From assembly GCA_965249085.1 (NCBI GenBank), contig OZ252218.1, positions 501,859 through 565,858 on the forward strand: a DNA stretch of 64,000 nt, written 5' to 3'. Under the pieces are notes generated by a model. The model was given only the letters and a program-made list of their open reading frames with translations. It was not told the origin of the DNA and did no database searches. Positions 36,635 through 47,000 of this stretch are shown here, piece after piece (within the stretch, counting starts at the first letter, position 1; every line of letters begins with the position of its first letter). The position numbers and the translations under genes are program-made. This DNA comes from Phototrophicaceae bacterium. GTDB lineage: Bacteria > Chloroflexota > Anaerolineae > Aggregatilineales > Phototrophicaceae.

Positions 36635-38269
36635 ATGCAGTTACCGAGCGTCATCCCACCAAGGTTTAGACCTAACGGACACCATCATTCTGTATTGGCG
36701 CGCTGGCAGGTTGGCAACAGGCAGATCGCGCAAGGCGCAAGCCTGGCTGTCGTTGCCGTTGTCATGGTGCCGGTCGTCTATCTGGTGATCGGCGCAATCA
36801 GCGCGGGCCAGGACGGTATCGACTATGTGCTTCGTACACGGACCTTGCTCATCATCGCCAACAGCATCGCGCTTATGCTGGTGGCGACGCTGTGTGCAAC
36901 AGTCATCGGCCTACCCTTCGCCTGGCTGACCGGCCGCTGCGACCTGCCAGGGCGCCGCGTCTGGCTGGTCCTGGGCTTGGCTGCGATGGTCATGCCCTCA
37001 TACCTGACGGCGGTGACTTACAGTGAGGCCTTTGGTCCCAAAGGAATTCTGCAGTCGATGCTGGAGCCCTTCGGCGTCGACCGTTTGCCCGGGATCAAAG
37101 GATTTGTAGGCGCGACACTGACGGTGGCCTTCGTCACGTTTCCCTATATTGTCCTGCCCGTGCGCGCTGCGATTCTGCGCTGCGATCGCAGCCTGGAAGA
37201 GGCAGGTCAAAGTCTGGGATTAAATCGGTGGCAGGTATTTCGTCAGATTATTTTCCCGCAGCTGCGCCCGGCGCTCTCCGCCGGGATGCTCATGACCGCC
37301 CTCTACAGTTTGAGCGACTTCGGCGCGGTCGCGGTCATGAACTTCAACGCCTTTACACGCGCGATATTCATTCAAACCGAGTCATATCGCATGGATAAAG
37401 CGTCGGTGCTGGCGCTGCTGCTGATTGTGATGACGCTGTTGCTGCTTTATCTTCAGTCGCGCTTGCAGAGTCGTGGCCGGCACTATCGCATCGGAACCGG
37501 CGCGGCGCGCGTTCCAGAGACCATGCCCCTGGGCAAGTGGAAGTATCCGGCGCTGCTCTTCTGCAGTGCCGTGATCTTCGTCGGCGTTGTGATTCCCGTG
37601 CTCGTGCTGTTCAAATGGCTATTGGGGCATACGCTCACGAATCCTATCCAGGTTTCGATGTCTGAGCTGGTGAGGAACACGGTCGGTGTCAGCGCCGTTT
37701 CAGGGATTGTCGTGACGCTTGCCGCTTTTCCCTTGGCGCTCCTGGCAATGCGCGCCACAACACGCTTCAACCGCGTACTGGTCAATCTTGCCTACACCGG
37801 CAACGTCCTGCCCGGCATCGTTATCGCCCTCGCGCTCGTATATTTCGCCACTCAGAACGCCCTGAGTCTTTATCAAACATTGCCGCTCCTAATCATCGGC
37901 TATGCCATTCGTTACCTTCCGTTCAGCATCGCCGCTACAGAAAGCGCCTTCACCCAGATCAACCCACGCTTTGAGGAAGCCGCCCGCAGTCTGGGTCTGT
38001 CGGCCTGGGCGACGCTGGCAAAGATCACAGTGCCCTTGGCACGCGGCGGAATCCTGGCGGGTTTGGCGCTAGTCTTTCTTAACGTGATGAAGGAACTGCC
38101 GACTACGCTTATCCTGCGCCCAATCGGCTTCCGTACCTTCGCCGTCCGCATCTGGAGCGCCTACGATGAGGCGTTTCTCTCGTCAATTGCCTTACCCGGA
38201 TTGTTGCTAATCGTAGTGTCAGCTTTCGCCTTGGCGATCATCCTCCGGCGAGAAAATGCGGTTAGCTAG
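36635..38269 (+). CDS. Iron ABC transporter permease (duplicated FbpB-type, about 12 TM)
   Basis: 544 aa with two MetI-like permease halves, each with an EAA-type loop (LEEAGQSLGLNRWQVFRQIIFP; FEEAARSLGLSAWATLAKITVP). Confidence 0.85.
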   Translation: MQLPSVIPPRFRPNGHHHSVLARWQVGNRQIAQGASLAVVAVVMVPVVYLVIGAISAGQDGIDYVLRTRTLLIIANSIALMLVATLCATVIGLPFAWLTGRCDLPGRRVWLVLGLAAMVMPSYLTAVTYSEAFGPKGILQSMLEPFGVDRLPGIKGFVGATLTVAFVTFPYIVLPVRAAILRCDRSLEEAGQSLGLNRWQVFRQIIFPQLRPALSAGMLMTALYSLSDFGAVAVMNFNAFTRAIFIQTESYRMDKASVLALLLIVMTLLLLYLQSRLQSRGRHYRIGTGAARVPETMPLGKWKYPALLFCSAVIFVGVVIPVLVLFKWLLGHTLTNPIQVSMSELVRNTVGVSAVSGIVVTLAAFPLALLAMRATTRFNRVLVNLAYTGNVLPGIVIALALVYFATQNALSLYQTLPLLIIGYAIRYLPFSIAATESAFTQINPRFEEAARSLGLSAWATLAKITVPLARGGILAGLALVFLNVMKELPTTLILRPIGFRTFAVRIWSAYDEAFLSSIALPGLLLIVVSAFALAIILRRENAVS

Positions 38270-38507
38270 CGCGGCAACTTGTTCACGCAGGTCGCTCCGC
38301 AGCGTCGCCTTACCGTCCGAGATTGGCGCCGGGAGCCTGCGGCTCGAAAACGACTTGCCGGCGATGCTGATCACGTCGTCAACCGAAGGCGCTGCAATAG
38401 CCAAACTCAGCCTGTCAGTCTCTTGCGCCAAGTCGATTTCCCCTTTATGCATTTCACTTTTGCACTATGCTTGATCGCGTGGATTAGTTAGACGTATCGC
38501 TACGGGC

Positions 38508-39557
38508 ATGGAATACTCGCTTCAAGCCGACCAGCTCACCAAACACTACAATGGCCAATCACCGGCCGTAAATGACATTACGCTCAGGGTACGCCCCAGC
38601 GAATTCCTGACAATACTCGGTCCGAGTGGCGGCGGCAAAACGACGACGCTGCGTCTGCTCGCAGGTTTCGAAAAACCATCAGGCGGTCGTATCCAGATTG
38701 GCGAAAACATCGTTGCCGATGAGGCTCATTTCGTACCGCCAGAGAAGCGCAAAGTTGGTATGGTCTTCCAGGACTACGCGCTGTTTCCACATGTGAATGT
38801 CGCGGAAAACATCGCCTTTGGCATACGCGAGCCACGGACGAGCCGTCAGCACAAGGTTGAACGACTGCTCTCTCTAGTCGGCTTGTCCGCGTATGCCGAG
38901 CGCATGCCGCATGAGCTTTCCGGCGGCGAACAGCAACGCGTGGCTTTGGCCCGCGCTCTTGCTCCCAATCCTGACATTCTGCTGCTAGACGAGCCTTTCT
39001 CCAATCTCGATACGGGCTTGCGGTCGCAAGTGCGAAGCGAAGTCCGTCATATCCTGCTGGAGACCGGCACGACAGCCATATTTGTCACGCATGACCAGCA
39101 CGAAGCGCTCAGCCTGTCCGACGAGATCGCGGTGCTATTTGAAGGTAAACTAGTGCAGGTTGCGACGCCGCATGTGATCTACAATCGTCCCGCCAACGTG
39201 CGTGTGGCAAAGTTTGTCGGCGAAGCGAATTTCCTCCTCGCCGAAGCCCACGGCATGACCGCTGACAGCCGACTGGGCGAAGTCAAGCTGTTTCACCCAA
39301 AGACTGGGCCAGTGCAGCTAATGATCCGCCCGGAAGCGTTGGCGGTCAACTTTGATGAGCATGGGACGCGGGCAACCGTGCGCTGGCGTGAGTTCTATGG
39401 GCATTATCAACGGCTGGGCCTGGCGCTTACCGATGGCACGGAATTAATCGCGCATACGGGCGTCGATCGATATTTTCAGCGAGGCAACAACGTTTCGGTG
39501 TCACTCGCGCTGCCCGCGTTGGCGTATGACACGGCTAGCCAGATCATGCTGTCATGA
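38508..39557 (+). CDS. ABC transporter ATP-binding protein (FbpC/PotA-like, with C-terminal TOBE-type domain)
   Basis: Walker A GPSGGGKTT, signature LSGGEQQRV, Walker B LLLDEP. Confidence 0.9.
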   Translation: MEYSLQADQLTKHYNGQSPAVNDITLRVRPSEFLTILGPSGGGKTTTLRLLAGFEKPSGGRIQIGENIVADEAHFVPPEKRKVGMVFQDYALFPHVNVAENIAFGIREPRTSRQHKVERLLSLVGLSAYAERMPHELSGGEQQRVALARALAPNPDILLLDEPFSNLDTGLRSQVRSEVRHILLETGTTAIFVTHDQHEALSLSDEIAVLFEGKLVQVATPHVIYNRPANVRVAKFVGEANFLLAEAHGMTADSRLGEVKLFHPKTGPVQLMIRPEALAVNFDEHGTRATVRWREFYGHYQRLGLALTDGTELIAHTGVDRYFQRGNNVSVSLALPALAYDTASQIMLS

Positions 39558-39590
39558 TGACAGGGTTGCTGCCCTGAGGGAGCCATGTCC

Positions 39591-41126
39591 TTAGCGCATG
39601 GTCTCCGAAGCAGCGCTCCGTTTTGCAGCCGGCAACCAAACCCGAAAAACTGTGCCTCTGTCTCGACCCCGGCTCGCCACAGTGATTCGCCCGCCGTGGG
39701 CCTCCACGATCTCCCGCGCAATCGCCAAACCCAGCCCGGTGCCGCGTCGTGGTCCACGCGCCTTGTCCACTTGATAGAAGCGCTCAAATACACGAGGCAA
39801 ATCGTCATTTGGGATGCCGATACCCGTGTCACGGATTGACACCGTCACGCCGTCAGCGGCGCGCTTGCAGGTCACGTGCGCGTTGCCGCCCGCGGGCGTG
39901 TACTTCAGCGCATTACTGATCAGATTTACCATCACTTGCGCCAGACGGTCGCCATCGCCGATTACCGCTGGGACGGCTGCCCTCGCTGAATCCAGCTGAA
40001 TATCCCCTTGTTCGGCGACCACGGTCATACTTTGCGCCACCGCCTCAATAAGCTGTGCGACATCGATACGGTCGCTCTTCATCGAGAGCTTACCCGCTTG
40101 CAAGCGCTCAAGGTCCGTCAATTCGACCACCATGCGGTCCAGGCGACTTGCTTCCTCAAAGATGATCTGCGCCGCCTCTTTCGTGTCTTCGGCCGCGCCA
40201 TCGATGATCGCCTGCGCGTAGCCCTGAATCGAAGTCAGTGGCGTCTTCAGGTCATGCGAGACATTACTCAGGAAATCACGCTGCGCGCTGTTCGCCGCCA
40301 GAACTTCCGTCGTCATCTGATTGAAAGAATCCGCCAGCGTACGCACCTCGGGTGGACCGCTCACCGGAACGCTCACCTCATAGTCACCGCGCGACACAGA
40401 AGTCGCGCCCTTAGCCAGGCGCTGCAACGGTCGGGCGATCGTGCGACTGATCAGCGCCGCCAGGATTATTGCCACGGCAATACCGACGATTCCCGCCTGG
40501 AGAAGTGGTGGCGCCAGGGCCCTGCCAAAAACCGCCAGCGTGTCCTGTAGACTGACCGTGGGCCGCGGCTCGGCCAGCAGCCAAATATCTACCTCGGCTG
40601 CTCGATCGCGAAAACGACGCTGCTGCCCAAACGTTAGACCGCCGTAAAGCCATTCGCCGCCACCGGGATCGGCGAATCCGCCAAAGAATTGTTCGCTGCC
40701 GCGCGACAATACTTTCGCGAGCTGTTCACTCTGATAACTTTCCCCATGCAATTGTATGGGCTCGCCCGGTCTATACTTCCGCGCGCTGTCATAGAGCACG
40801 CGCGTACCATCAGACGTCAGCCGTAGCTGCAGCGTCCTGACCTGCCGCGTCTCAGCAAACTTATCCAAAAGGTCATTAACTTGATCTTGCAAGAAGCTTA
40901 GGTTCGGATCGGCGGGGATATCAGCAATATAGTCGAGATAGTTGAGACCTTGGGTTAAGGCAGCCAAGCGTTCGTAGGTCGGTTCCGGCGGCGCCGCGCG
41001 ATTGCCGATTAGAACAACTACCGCCAGCGCTCCCACGCCAAGTGTCATCATCAGCAGCACGAGGTACGACGTCAGCAGGCGCAGCCGCAAATTAAATGAG
41101 AGGCGCAGCTTGCTAGCAATCATCAA
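39591..41126 (-). CDS. Sensor histidine kinase (TM-periplasmic-TM-HAMP-HisKA-HATPase_c)
   Basis: H-box SNVSHDLKTPLTSI, N box ISNALKYTP, G boxes DTGIGI and GTGLGLAI. Confidence 0.9.
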   Translation of the reverse strand: MMIASKLRLSFNLRLRLLTSYLVLLMMTLGVGALAVVVLIGNRAAPPEPTYERLAALTQGLNYLDYIADIPADPNLSFLQDQVNDLLDKFAETRQVRTLQLRLTSDGTRVLYDSARKYRPGEPIQLHGESYQSEQLAKVLSRGSEQFFGGFADPGGGEWLYGGLTFGQQRRFRDRAAEVDIWLLAEPRPTVSLQDTLAVFGRALAPPLLQAGIVGIAVAIILAALISRTIARPLQRLAKGATSVSRGDYEVSVPVSGPPEVRTLADSFNQMTTEVLAANSAQRDFLSNVSHDLKTPLTSIQGYAQAIIDGAAEDTKEAAQIIFEEASRLDRMVVELTDLERLQAGKLSMKSDRIDVAQLIEAVAQSMTVVAEQGDIQLDSARAAVPAVIGDGDRLAQVMVNLISNALKYTPAGGNAHVTCKRAADGVTVSIRDTGIGIPNDDLPRVFERFYQVDKARGPRRGTGLGLAIAREIVEAHGGRITVASRGRDRGTVFRVWLPAAKRSAASETMR

Positions 41127-41796
41127 GCTTGTATCCTACCCCCCAGACCGTCTCGATCACGGGATCCATGCCGCGCAACTTGTGCCGCAGATGGGCAATA
41201 TGCACATCCACAGTGCGAGTTTCGCCGGCAAAATCATAGCCCCAGACCACACTTAGCAAACGCTCGCGGCTGAATACAATACCCTTATTCTCAGCCAGGG
41301 ACTGCAACAAGTCGAACTCCTTCATGCGCAATTCAATCGCCTGACCGTTTACTTCCACCCGGCGGCGCCGCGCGTCAATGGTGAGATTGCCGAGGACGAT
41401 CGTCGCCGGCAAATCGTCGCCGGCATCGCTACGATCGGCGCGCCGCAGTATCGCGCGGATTCGCGCCACCAGCTCTCGCGGATTGAAAGGCTTGGTCAAG
41501 TAGTCATCGGCGCCCAGCTCCAAGCCGACAATCTTATCGATATCTTCACTGCGCGCTGTCAACATGATGATCGGAACATCAGATTCTTCACGGACGCGCC
41601 GGCAAACCTCCAGGCCATCCATGCCCGGCAGCATCAGGTCCAAGACTACCAGGCTCGGTTTGTCGGCTAAAATCATACGCTTGGCGACTGAGCCATTGGT
41701 CGCGCTGGCCACCTGGAAACCATCTTGCTCCAGATACATCCGGGCAAGATCAACGATGCGCTGCTCGTCATCCACAACTAGAATTGTATCGGCCAT
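41113..41796 (-). CDS. OmpR-family response regulator
   Basis: MADTILVVDDEQ..., LVVLDLMLPGMDG, KPF, and a winged-helix C-terminus (RTVDVHIAHLRHKL...VWGVGY). It overlaps the HK start by 14 nt. The alternative GTG start at 41832 adds 12 aa. Confidence 0.9.
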   Translation of the reverse strand: MADTILVVDDEQRIVDLARMYLEQDGFQVASATNGSVAKRMILADKPSLVVLDLMLPGMDGLEVCRRVREESDVPIIMLTARSEDIDKIVGLELGADDYLTKPFNPRELVARIRAILRRADRSDAGDDLPATIVLGNLTIDARRRRVEVNGQAIELRMKEFDLLQSLAENKGIVFSRERLLSVVWGYDFAGETRTVDVHIAHLRHKLRGMDPVIETVWGVGYKLDDC

Positions 41797-42070
41797 AGGT
41801 TGATCCGGATCCGTCGTAGTAAGGACCTGCACGGTAACGACGATTGCTCCTGCCAGTGCGCCAGCGCGGTCACCTCAATTATTGCGCATCACGATGACAA
41901 TTGCGTAGTAGCTCTGTAAACATCCTGTAAAAACTTGGATCGCCTCGGGCGTAGCGCGTTCTGATGCCGATCTGGCCGGATACTTGCGCCAGCTAAAATT
42001 GGTTATAGGTCTGATGTTTGACATTGGATAGAATAGCGCGCATTGATGTCAATCATTCGAGAATAAACAG

Positions 42071-42604
42071 ATGACCGTGCTACCAATCATCCAACCGGAT
42101 AACCCTCTTCTACGCCGGCAAGCAGTTCGCGTCAACGATTTCGGCGACCAGTTTCAGTCCCTGATTGATGATATGTACGACACAATGATTGATGCGGAAG
42201 GGGTCGGCTTGGCCGGTCCACAGGTTGCCCAGAGCTGGCGCATCATCGTTGTACGCTTGCCCGACAGTGAAGAAGCCCGGGAGAAACATGGCGACAGCGC
42301 CGGCAGTCTGCACGTGGTCGCGAATCCCACCATCACGCGGCGCAGCGATGCGATCGTGGCTGGCGTCGAAGGTTGCCTGTCTTTGCCCGGTCTGCTGGGT
42401 GAGGTCGAGCGCCACGAAAGCATTGAAGTAACCGGACAAGATCGTCACGGTACGCCGATCCGTCTGGCGGCAGATGGCTGGTTGGCGCGCGTATTCCAAC
42501 ACGAAATCGATCACCTGGACGGCATCTTATACATTGACATCGCAAGCAGAGTCTGGCGCCCGGAAGAGGAAGAGGCGATCACCAGCGATATTGCCGAGGC
42601 GTAA
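42071..42604 (+). CDS. def: Peptide deformylase
   Basis: GVGLAGPQV, EGCLSLPG and HEIDHLDG are the three PDF motifs. Confidence 0.92.
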   Translation: MTVLPIIQPDNPLLRRQAVRVNDFGDQFQSLIDDMYDTMIDAEGVGLAGPQVAQSWRIIVVRLPDSEEAREKHGDSAGSLHVVANPTITRRSDAIVAGVEGCLSLPGLLGEVERHESIEVTGQDRHGTPIRLAADGWLARVFQHEIDHLDGILYIDIASRVWRPEEEEAITSDIAEA

Positions 42605-43206
42605 TGAGCGCTGACATCCGTCTTGCAACCTGCGCCGACGCCGACGACATCCTCGATATCTATGAACCAATCGTCCGCGATACTCATGTGTCGTTTGAGA
42701 CGTCGGTACCTGACGAAGCGGAAATCGCCGACCGCATAAGCAAGACGCTGCGCCAGTATCCATGGCTGATCTGTGAAATCGATGGACAGCTGGCAGGCTA
42801 TGCTTACGGGGGCGCATTTCGCTCCCGTTCCGCCTATCAATGGACCGCCGAGACAACCGTCTACATCCATCCGAATTATCAGCGGCGTGGCGTCGCGCGT
42901 GCTTTGTACTGCTCGCTCATCGCGATCCTGTGCGAACAGGGATACCGCAATGCTATCGGTGTGATCGCGCTGCCCAACGAAGGCAGCATCCGTGCCCACG
43001 AAGCCGTCGGTTTCCGCAAGATCGGCACAATCACAAACGCCGGATACAAGAACGGCGCCTGGCGCGACACCGGCTGGTGGCAGCTTGAGCTGCGTCCGCT
43101 GTCCGCGTCGCCTCATCCGCCGCGTCCGATTCATCAATTGGCCAACGAAAGAGATTTTGCCCTGTTGCTAACAAGAGGGCTGTCCAGCATCAAAGCGATA
43201 AGATGA
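42604..43206 (+). CDS. GNAT N-acetyltransferase, phosphinothricin/L-amino-acid N-acyltransferase (PAT/MnaT) type
   Basis: IRLATCADADDILDIYEPIVRDTHVSFETSVPDEAE... and VYIHPNYQRRGVARALY. The start overlaps the def stop (TAATG). Confidence 0.75.
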   Translation: MSADIRLATCADADDILDIYEPIVRDTHVSFETSVPDEAEIADRISKTLRQYPWLICEIDGQLAGYAYGGAFRSRSAYQWTAETTVYIHPNYQRRGVARALYCSLIAILCEQGYRNAIGVIALPNEGSIRAHEAVGFRKIGTITNAGYKNGAWRDTGWWQLELRPLSASPHPPRPIHQLANERDFALLLTRGLSSIKAIR

Positions 43207-43216
43207 GGAGCGTGCT

Positions 43217-45232
43217 ATGCCTGATGCCAAGCGTCCGATTACCGCCGAAGACCTGAACCGCATCCACTATCTGCGGGACCCAGAGATCAGTCCCGACGGG
43301 CGTTATGTCGCCTTTGTCAAGGTTTCGCCCGATCCGCTTGAGAAAACCTACAAGCAGAATATCTGGCTTCTCCCGCTAGATCACGGCGAGGCCATTCAAT
43401 TGACCCGCGGCGACAAAGACGGCCAGCCGCGCTGGTCACCCGACGGAAAGCAGCTCGCCTTTGTTTCCAGCCGCGGTGACAAGGCTCAGGTATTTCTGCT
43501 GCCGATAGCTGCGCCCGGCGGTGAAGCGCGCCAATTGACGAGCATGGAAAACGGCGCTCACAGGCCGAGCTGGTCGCCCGACGGGGGTCGCATCGCCTTT
43601 CTTGCTCCTGCGAGCGCTGAGGAGCGCGCCGGCGAAGAGTCTGACGAAGATGCTCCAACGGATCCGATAGACAAGCTGGAGAGTAAGCACCGCAAGGAAC
43701 GAAAGGCTGAAGACGAGTTGTATCGTTGGGATCCGCGCACGATGTGGCGCATTCCCTACCGCCAAGGCACGTCCTACGTTGACGAACGCTATGATCAGGT
43801 GTACGTCGTCGAAGCAGCGGATTCGTCTGACGTCAAGCCGAAACGACTGACAGACATCAACGCGGCTTATTCACAGCCGCAATGGTCAGCCGATGGGGCG
43901 TCGATTTTCACTTCTCGCACGACGCTCCTGGAGGGTGATGAACCTTGGCGCTCCATGAACATCTATCGGCTGGTCGCCACTTCCGGCGAAGAAGAATCGC
44001 TGACCGCTGGCGAATTCAGCGCATACGCCCCACTTCCTTCGCCCGATGGAAAATGGCTGGCCTACGAGCGCCAGCAAATTGGCGCCACCGACTTGCCCAC
44101 CAGATTGGTCGTCATGGCGCTGGACGGCGGGGTCGAGCGCGTCGTCAACGAAGCGCTGGATCGTGAGGCGGTTGACTGGGCCTGGTCGCCGGACAACGTT
44201 CTTGCGCTGACCGTAGAGAGCGAAGGCAATATCCTGCCCTGGACTTACGATCCGGCGGCGGACAGCCTGGTTCAAGCGCAGGATGGCGTGTACGAGATTG
44301 AGCAGATCGATTTCGGCATCGACGGAATATCGGCGATGACTGTGTCCACGCCGCGTAATCCACAAGAGCTTTACATCCTGAAAGCAGGCGAGTTTACAGA
44401 AGCGACTCGCTTCAACCACGAGTGGCTCGATGAAGTGATTGTGCAGGACGTGCGCGAGCTGCGGATTCAGTCGACTCACGGCGAAGTGCAGGGCTGGTAT
44501 CTGCTGCCAATCGCTTATGAACCCGGCAAACGCTATCCCCTCGCCCTCAACATCCACGGCGGACCACATGCCGCCTGGGGCTTCTCTACCAAATCGATGT
44601 GGCACGAGTGGCAGTTTCACGCAGCGCGCGGTTACGCCGTCTTCTACTGCAATCCGCACGGCAGCGGCGGCTACGGCCGCGACTCTATGCGCAAGCTGCA
44701 CGCCGCCTGGGGGCCGGTCGCGATGGATGACATTATGGTGGGCGTGGATGCCTTCTTGACAATGGGAATCGCCGACGAGAACCGAATGGCGATTACCGGG
44801 GGATCATATGGCGGCTACATGACCGCCTGGATTATCTCACACACCGACCGCTTCAAGTCGGCCGTCTCCCAGCGGGGCGTATACAACCTGTCCAGCTTCT
44901 ACGGTACATCGGATGTACCGATGTTGATATCTAACGAGTTTGACACCGAGCCCTGGGAGGATCACGAAGTCTATTGGGAGAATTCTCCCCTAAAACATGC
45001 GGCGAAGATCAATACGCCTCTGCTGCTAATCCATTCGGAGAACGATTTCCGCGTACCGATCGAGCAGGCCGAGCAGCTATTTGCCTGGGTGCGCCGCGCA
45101 ACCGACACGCCGGTTAGCATGCTTCGGTATCCGCGTGAAGGCCACGAGTTATCGCGGAGCGGTGAACCGAATCATCGGATTAGCCGTCTGACGGCAATGA
45201 TTGACTGGTTCGACCGGTATACAGGCGAGTAG
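43217..45232 (+). CDS. S9-family serine peptidase (beta-propeller + prolyl-oligopeptidase/acylaminoacyl-peptidase catalytic domain)
   Basis: Repeated SPDG propeller blades, the nucleophile motif GGSYGGYM, and downstream ENDFRVP and GH residues. Confidence 0.88.
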   Translation: MPDAKRPITAEDLNRIHYLRDPEISPDGRYVAFVKVSPDPLEKTYKQNIWLLPLDHGEAIQLTRGDKDGQPRWSPDGKQLAFVSSRGDKAQVFLLPIAAPGGEARQLTSMENGAHRPSWSPDGGRIAFLAPASAEERAGEESDEDAPTDPIDKLESKHRKERKAEDELYRWDPRTMWRIPYRQGTSYVDERYDQVYVVEAADSSDVKPKRLTDINAAYSQPQWSADGASIFTSRTTLLEGDEPWRSMNIYRLVATSGEEESLTAGEFSAYAPLPSPDGKWLAYERQQIGATDLPTRLVVMALDGGVERVVNEALDREAVDWAWSPDNVLALTVESEGNILPWTYDPAADSLVQAQDGVYEIEQIDFGIDGISAMTVSTPRNPQELYILKAGEFTEATRFNHEWLDEVIVQDVRELRIQSTHGEVQGWYLLPIAYEPGKRYPLALNIHGGPHAAWGFSTKSMWHEWQFHAARGYAVFYCNPHGSGGYGRDSMRKLHAAWGPVAMDDIMVGVDAFLTMGIADENRMAITGGSYGGYMTAWIISHTDRFKSAVSQRGVYNLSSFYGTSDVPMLISNEFDTEPWEDHEVYWENSPLKHAAKINTPLLLIHSENDFRVPIEQAEQLFAWVRRATDTPVSMLRYPREGHELSRSGEPNHRISRLTAMIDWFDRYTGE

Positions 45233-45243
45233 AGAATAGCGCG

Positions 45244-45714
45244 TTACGAAAGGCGGTCGACGGGAAACTGCTGAGCGAAGACGGTGAAATAGAGCCGAAC
45301 CTTGGCGATGAGATCGCGTCGCTCGGCATCGGGCAACAGACCGAAAACAGCGCGCAATTGATCCATCAGCGCCCGCTGCACAGCCACAAAGCGCGCCGCG
45401 CCTGCCGACGTCATGATCACGTCAACCGAGCGGCCATCGGCTTCATTGCGCCGCCGTTTCACCAGGGGCGGTTCCATCCGTTCCAGTCGTTTAACCAAGC
45501 CCGTCATGGTGGCGCTCGTCAGGTGATGATCGCGCGCGATATCACCGATACGGCATTCGCCTTCGTTTTCCGACAAAGTCTTCAAGACATAAAACTGGGG
45601 CGGCGTCAACTGGTGCGCCTCGAAGTGGCTCGCCAGGCGCTTTTCGCCGTCCGTCACGATGTCAAAGAGGATCGACCAGAAATCTGATACATCACGGTCG
45701 AGGTTATCGTCCAA
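45244..45714 (-). CDS. MarR-family transcriptional regulator
   Basis: LTPPQFYVLKTL...IGDIARDHHLTSATMTGLVKRLERMEPPLVKRRRNEADGRSV is a winged HTH. Confidence 0.8.
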   Translation of the reverse strand: MDDNLDRDVSDFWSILFDIVTDGEKRLASHFEAHQLTPPQFYVLKTLSENEGECRIGDIARDHHLTSATMTGLVKRLERMEPPLVKRRRNEADGRSVDVIMTSAGAARFVAVQRALMDQLRAVFGLLPDAERRDLIAKVRLYFTVFAQQFPVDRLS

Positions 45715-45737
45715 ACTCTACCGCCCTAGTCCGCTTC

Positions 45738-46820
45738 TCATTGGCCCAACGCATCCCATACCTCAAGTTTACCACGCACCTCGCGGATTACCTCGTCAAC
45801 GAACTCCGACGTACTGGCTTGCCCACCCAAGTCGGGCGTCTTGACACCGTTGTAGACCGCTTCCAGCGTCGCCTCATAAATCGCTCGGCTGGCCAGCGCC
45901 GCCTCCTTGCTATTGACATAGCGTAGCATGGCGCCGCATGCCAATATCATCGCCATTGGATTGGCAATGTTCTTGCCCATCAAGCTGGGCGCTGTCCCAT
46001 GCGGCGCTTCGGTCAGCGCAACTTTCACCTTGAAATCGTCATCAAAGGCGATCACAACCGACTCAGCGCCGGCGATTGTTCCAAACATCTTGAGAACGAG
46101 ATCGCTCAAATTGTCTCCATCGCGATTTAAGGCCGGAATGACCAGCGCCTCGCCGGTCGTCTCCAGAAGCAGCGCATAGGTCGCATCAATGAGTTGCGGG
46201 TTGTAGCGTACGCTTTTGTGCAGGCCCGCCGCCCGATCCAGCTCCTCCTTGAACATCCCTTCGTAGATTGGACTGACGGTATATTTCGGTCCGCCGAATA
46301 CGGCGGCACTGTGCTGCTCGGCATACTGGAACGTGAACTCGGCCACGGCGCGACAGGTACGGCGGCTGATATAGCGCTTGTTGTAGGCGATCTCATCGAT
46401 GCCCTCCCCCTCGCGCCATTCTTCCGCTGCATAGGCCCCCTCCACCGCCATGCGCACCACTGCAATCGGCGCATGCACGCCCGCCAGGGGACGAACGGAT
46501 GGAATCCGACGGCCGGTGCGCAGGATCACGCTGCCATGCAAGAGGTCACGGAGCAGCGCATTGGGACTGCCGACATCGTCGGCGTCGCCGGGTGTAATGG
46601 TGGCGGCCTTGATGCCCAATCCCGTTTCCAGCACGCGTGCCGCCGCCTCGCGCACGACATCGTTCCTGGTCCGGCGCCGATTTTCCAGCGACAGGTCAAA
46701 GGTCTCAAACTCGAGGTTGCGCATGCGGATCACGCTTGGGTCGAGAACGCGCAGCGCCTCGTCAAGCAGCTCCTGCCCCGTTTGATCGCCCTGCAGGACA
46801 CAGACTGTATGATTGCTCAT
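45738..46820 (-). CDS. Isocitrate/isopropylmalate dehydrogenase family protein
   Basis: MSNHTVCVLQGDQTGQELLDEA..., NRDGDNLSD, and APHGTAPSLMGKNIANPMA. ATG 46820 lies behind GAGGGTGG. The 83-aa upstream extension in the track looks non-coding. Confidence 0.82.
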   Translation of the reverse strand: MSNHTVCVLQGDQTGQELLDEALRVLDPSVIRMRNLEFETFDLSLENRRRTRNDVVREAAARVLETGLGIKAATITPGDADDVGSPNALLRDLLHGSVILRTGRRIPSVRPLAGVHAPIAVVRMAVEGAYAAEEWREGEGIDEIAYNKRYISRRTCRAVAEFTFQYAEQHSAAVFGGPKYTVSPIYEGMFKEELDRAAGLHKSVRYNPQLIDATYALLLETTGEALVIPALNRDGDNLSDLVLKMFGTIAGAESVVIAFDDDFKVKVALTEAPHGTAPSLMGKNIANPMAMILACGAMLRYVNSKEAALASRAIYEATLEAVYNGVKTPDLGGQASTSEFVDEVIREVRGKLEVWDALGQ

Positions 46821-47000
46821 AGGTTTTCCACCCTCATGCGTGGATTGCAAGGCCTCATCTCCCATTGTACGTGAGGACGCGAAACCTGCGAACAGTCGCC
46901 GCTCACACACAGACGGCAAATCAGGGTGAGATATTTTCACACTTGCGGTAAAATGGGAGTTGCTAACTGTCCCAGGTGATACTGACGGGAATGTGATCCT

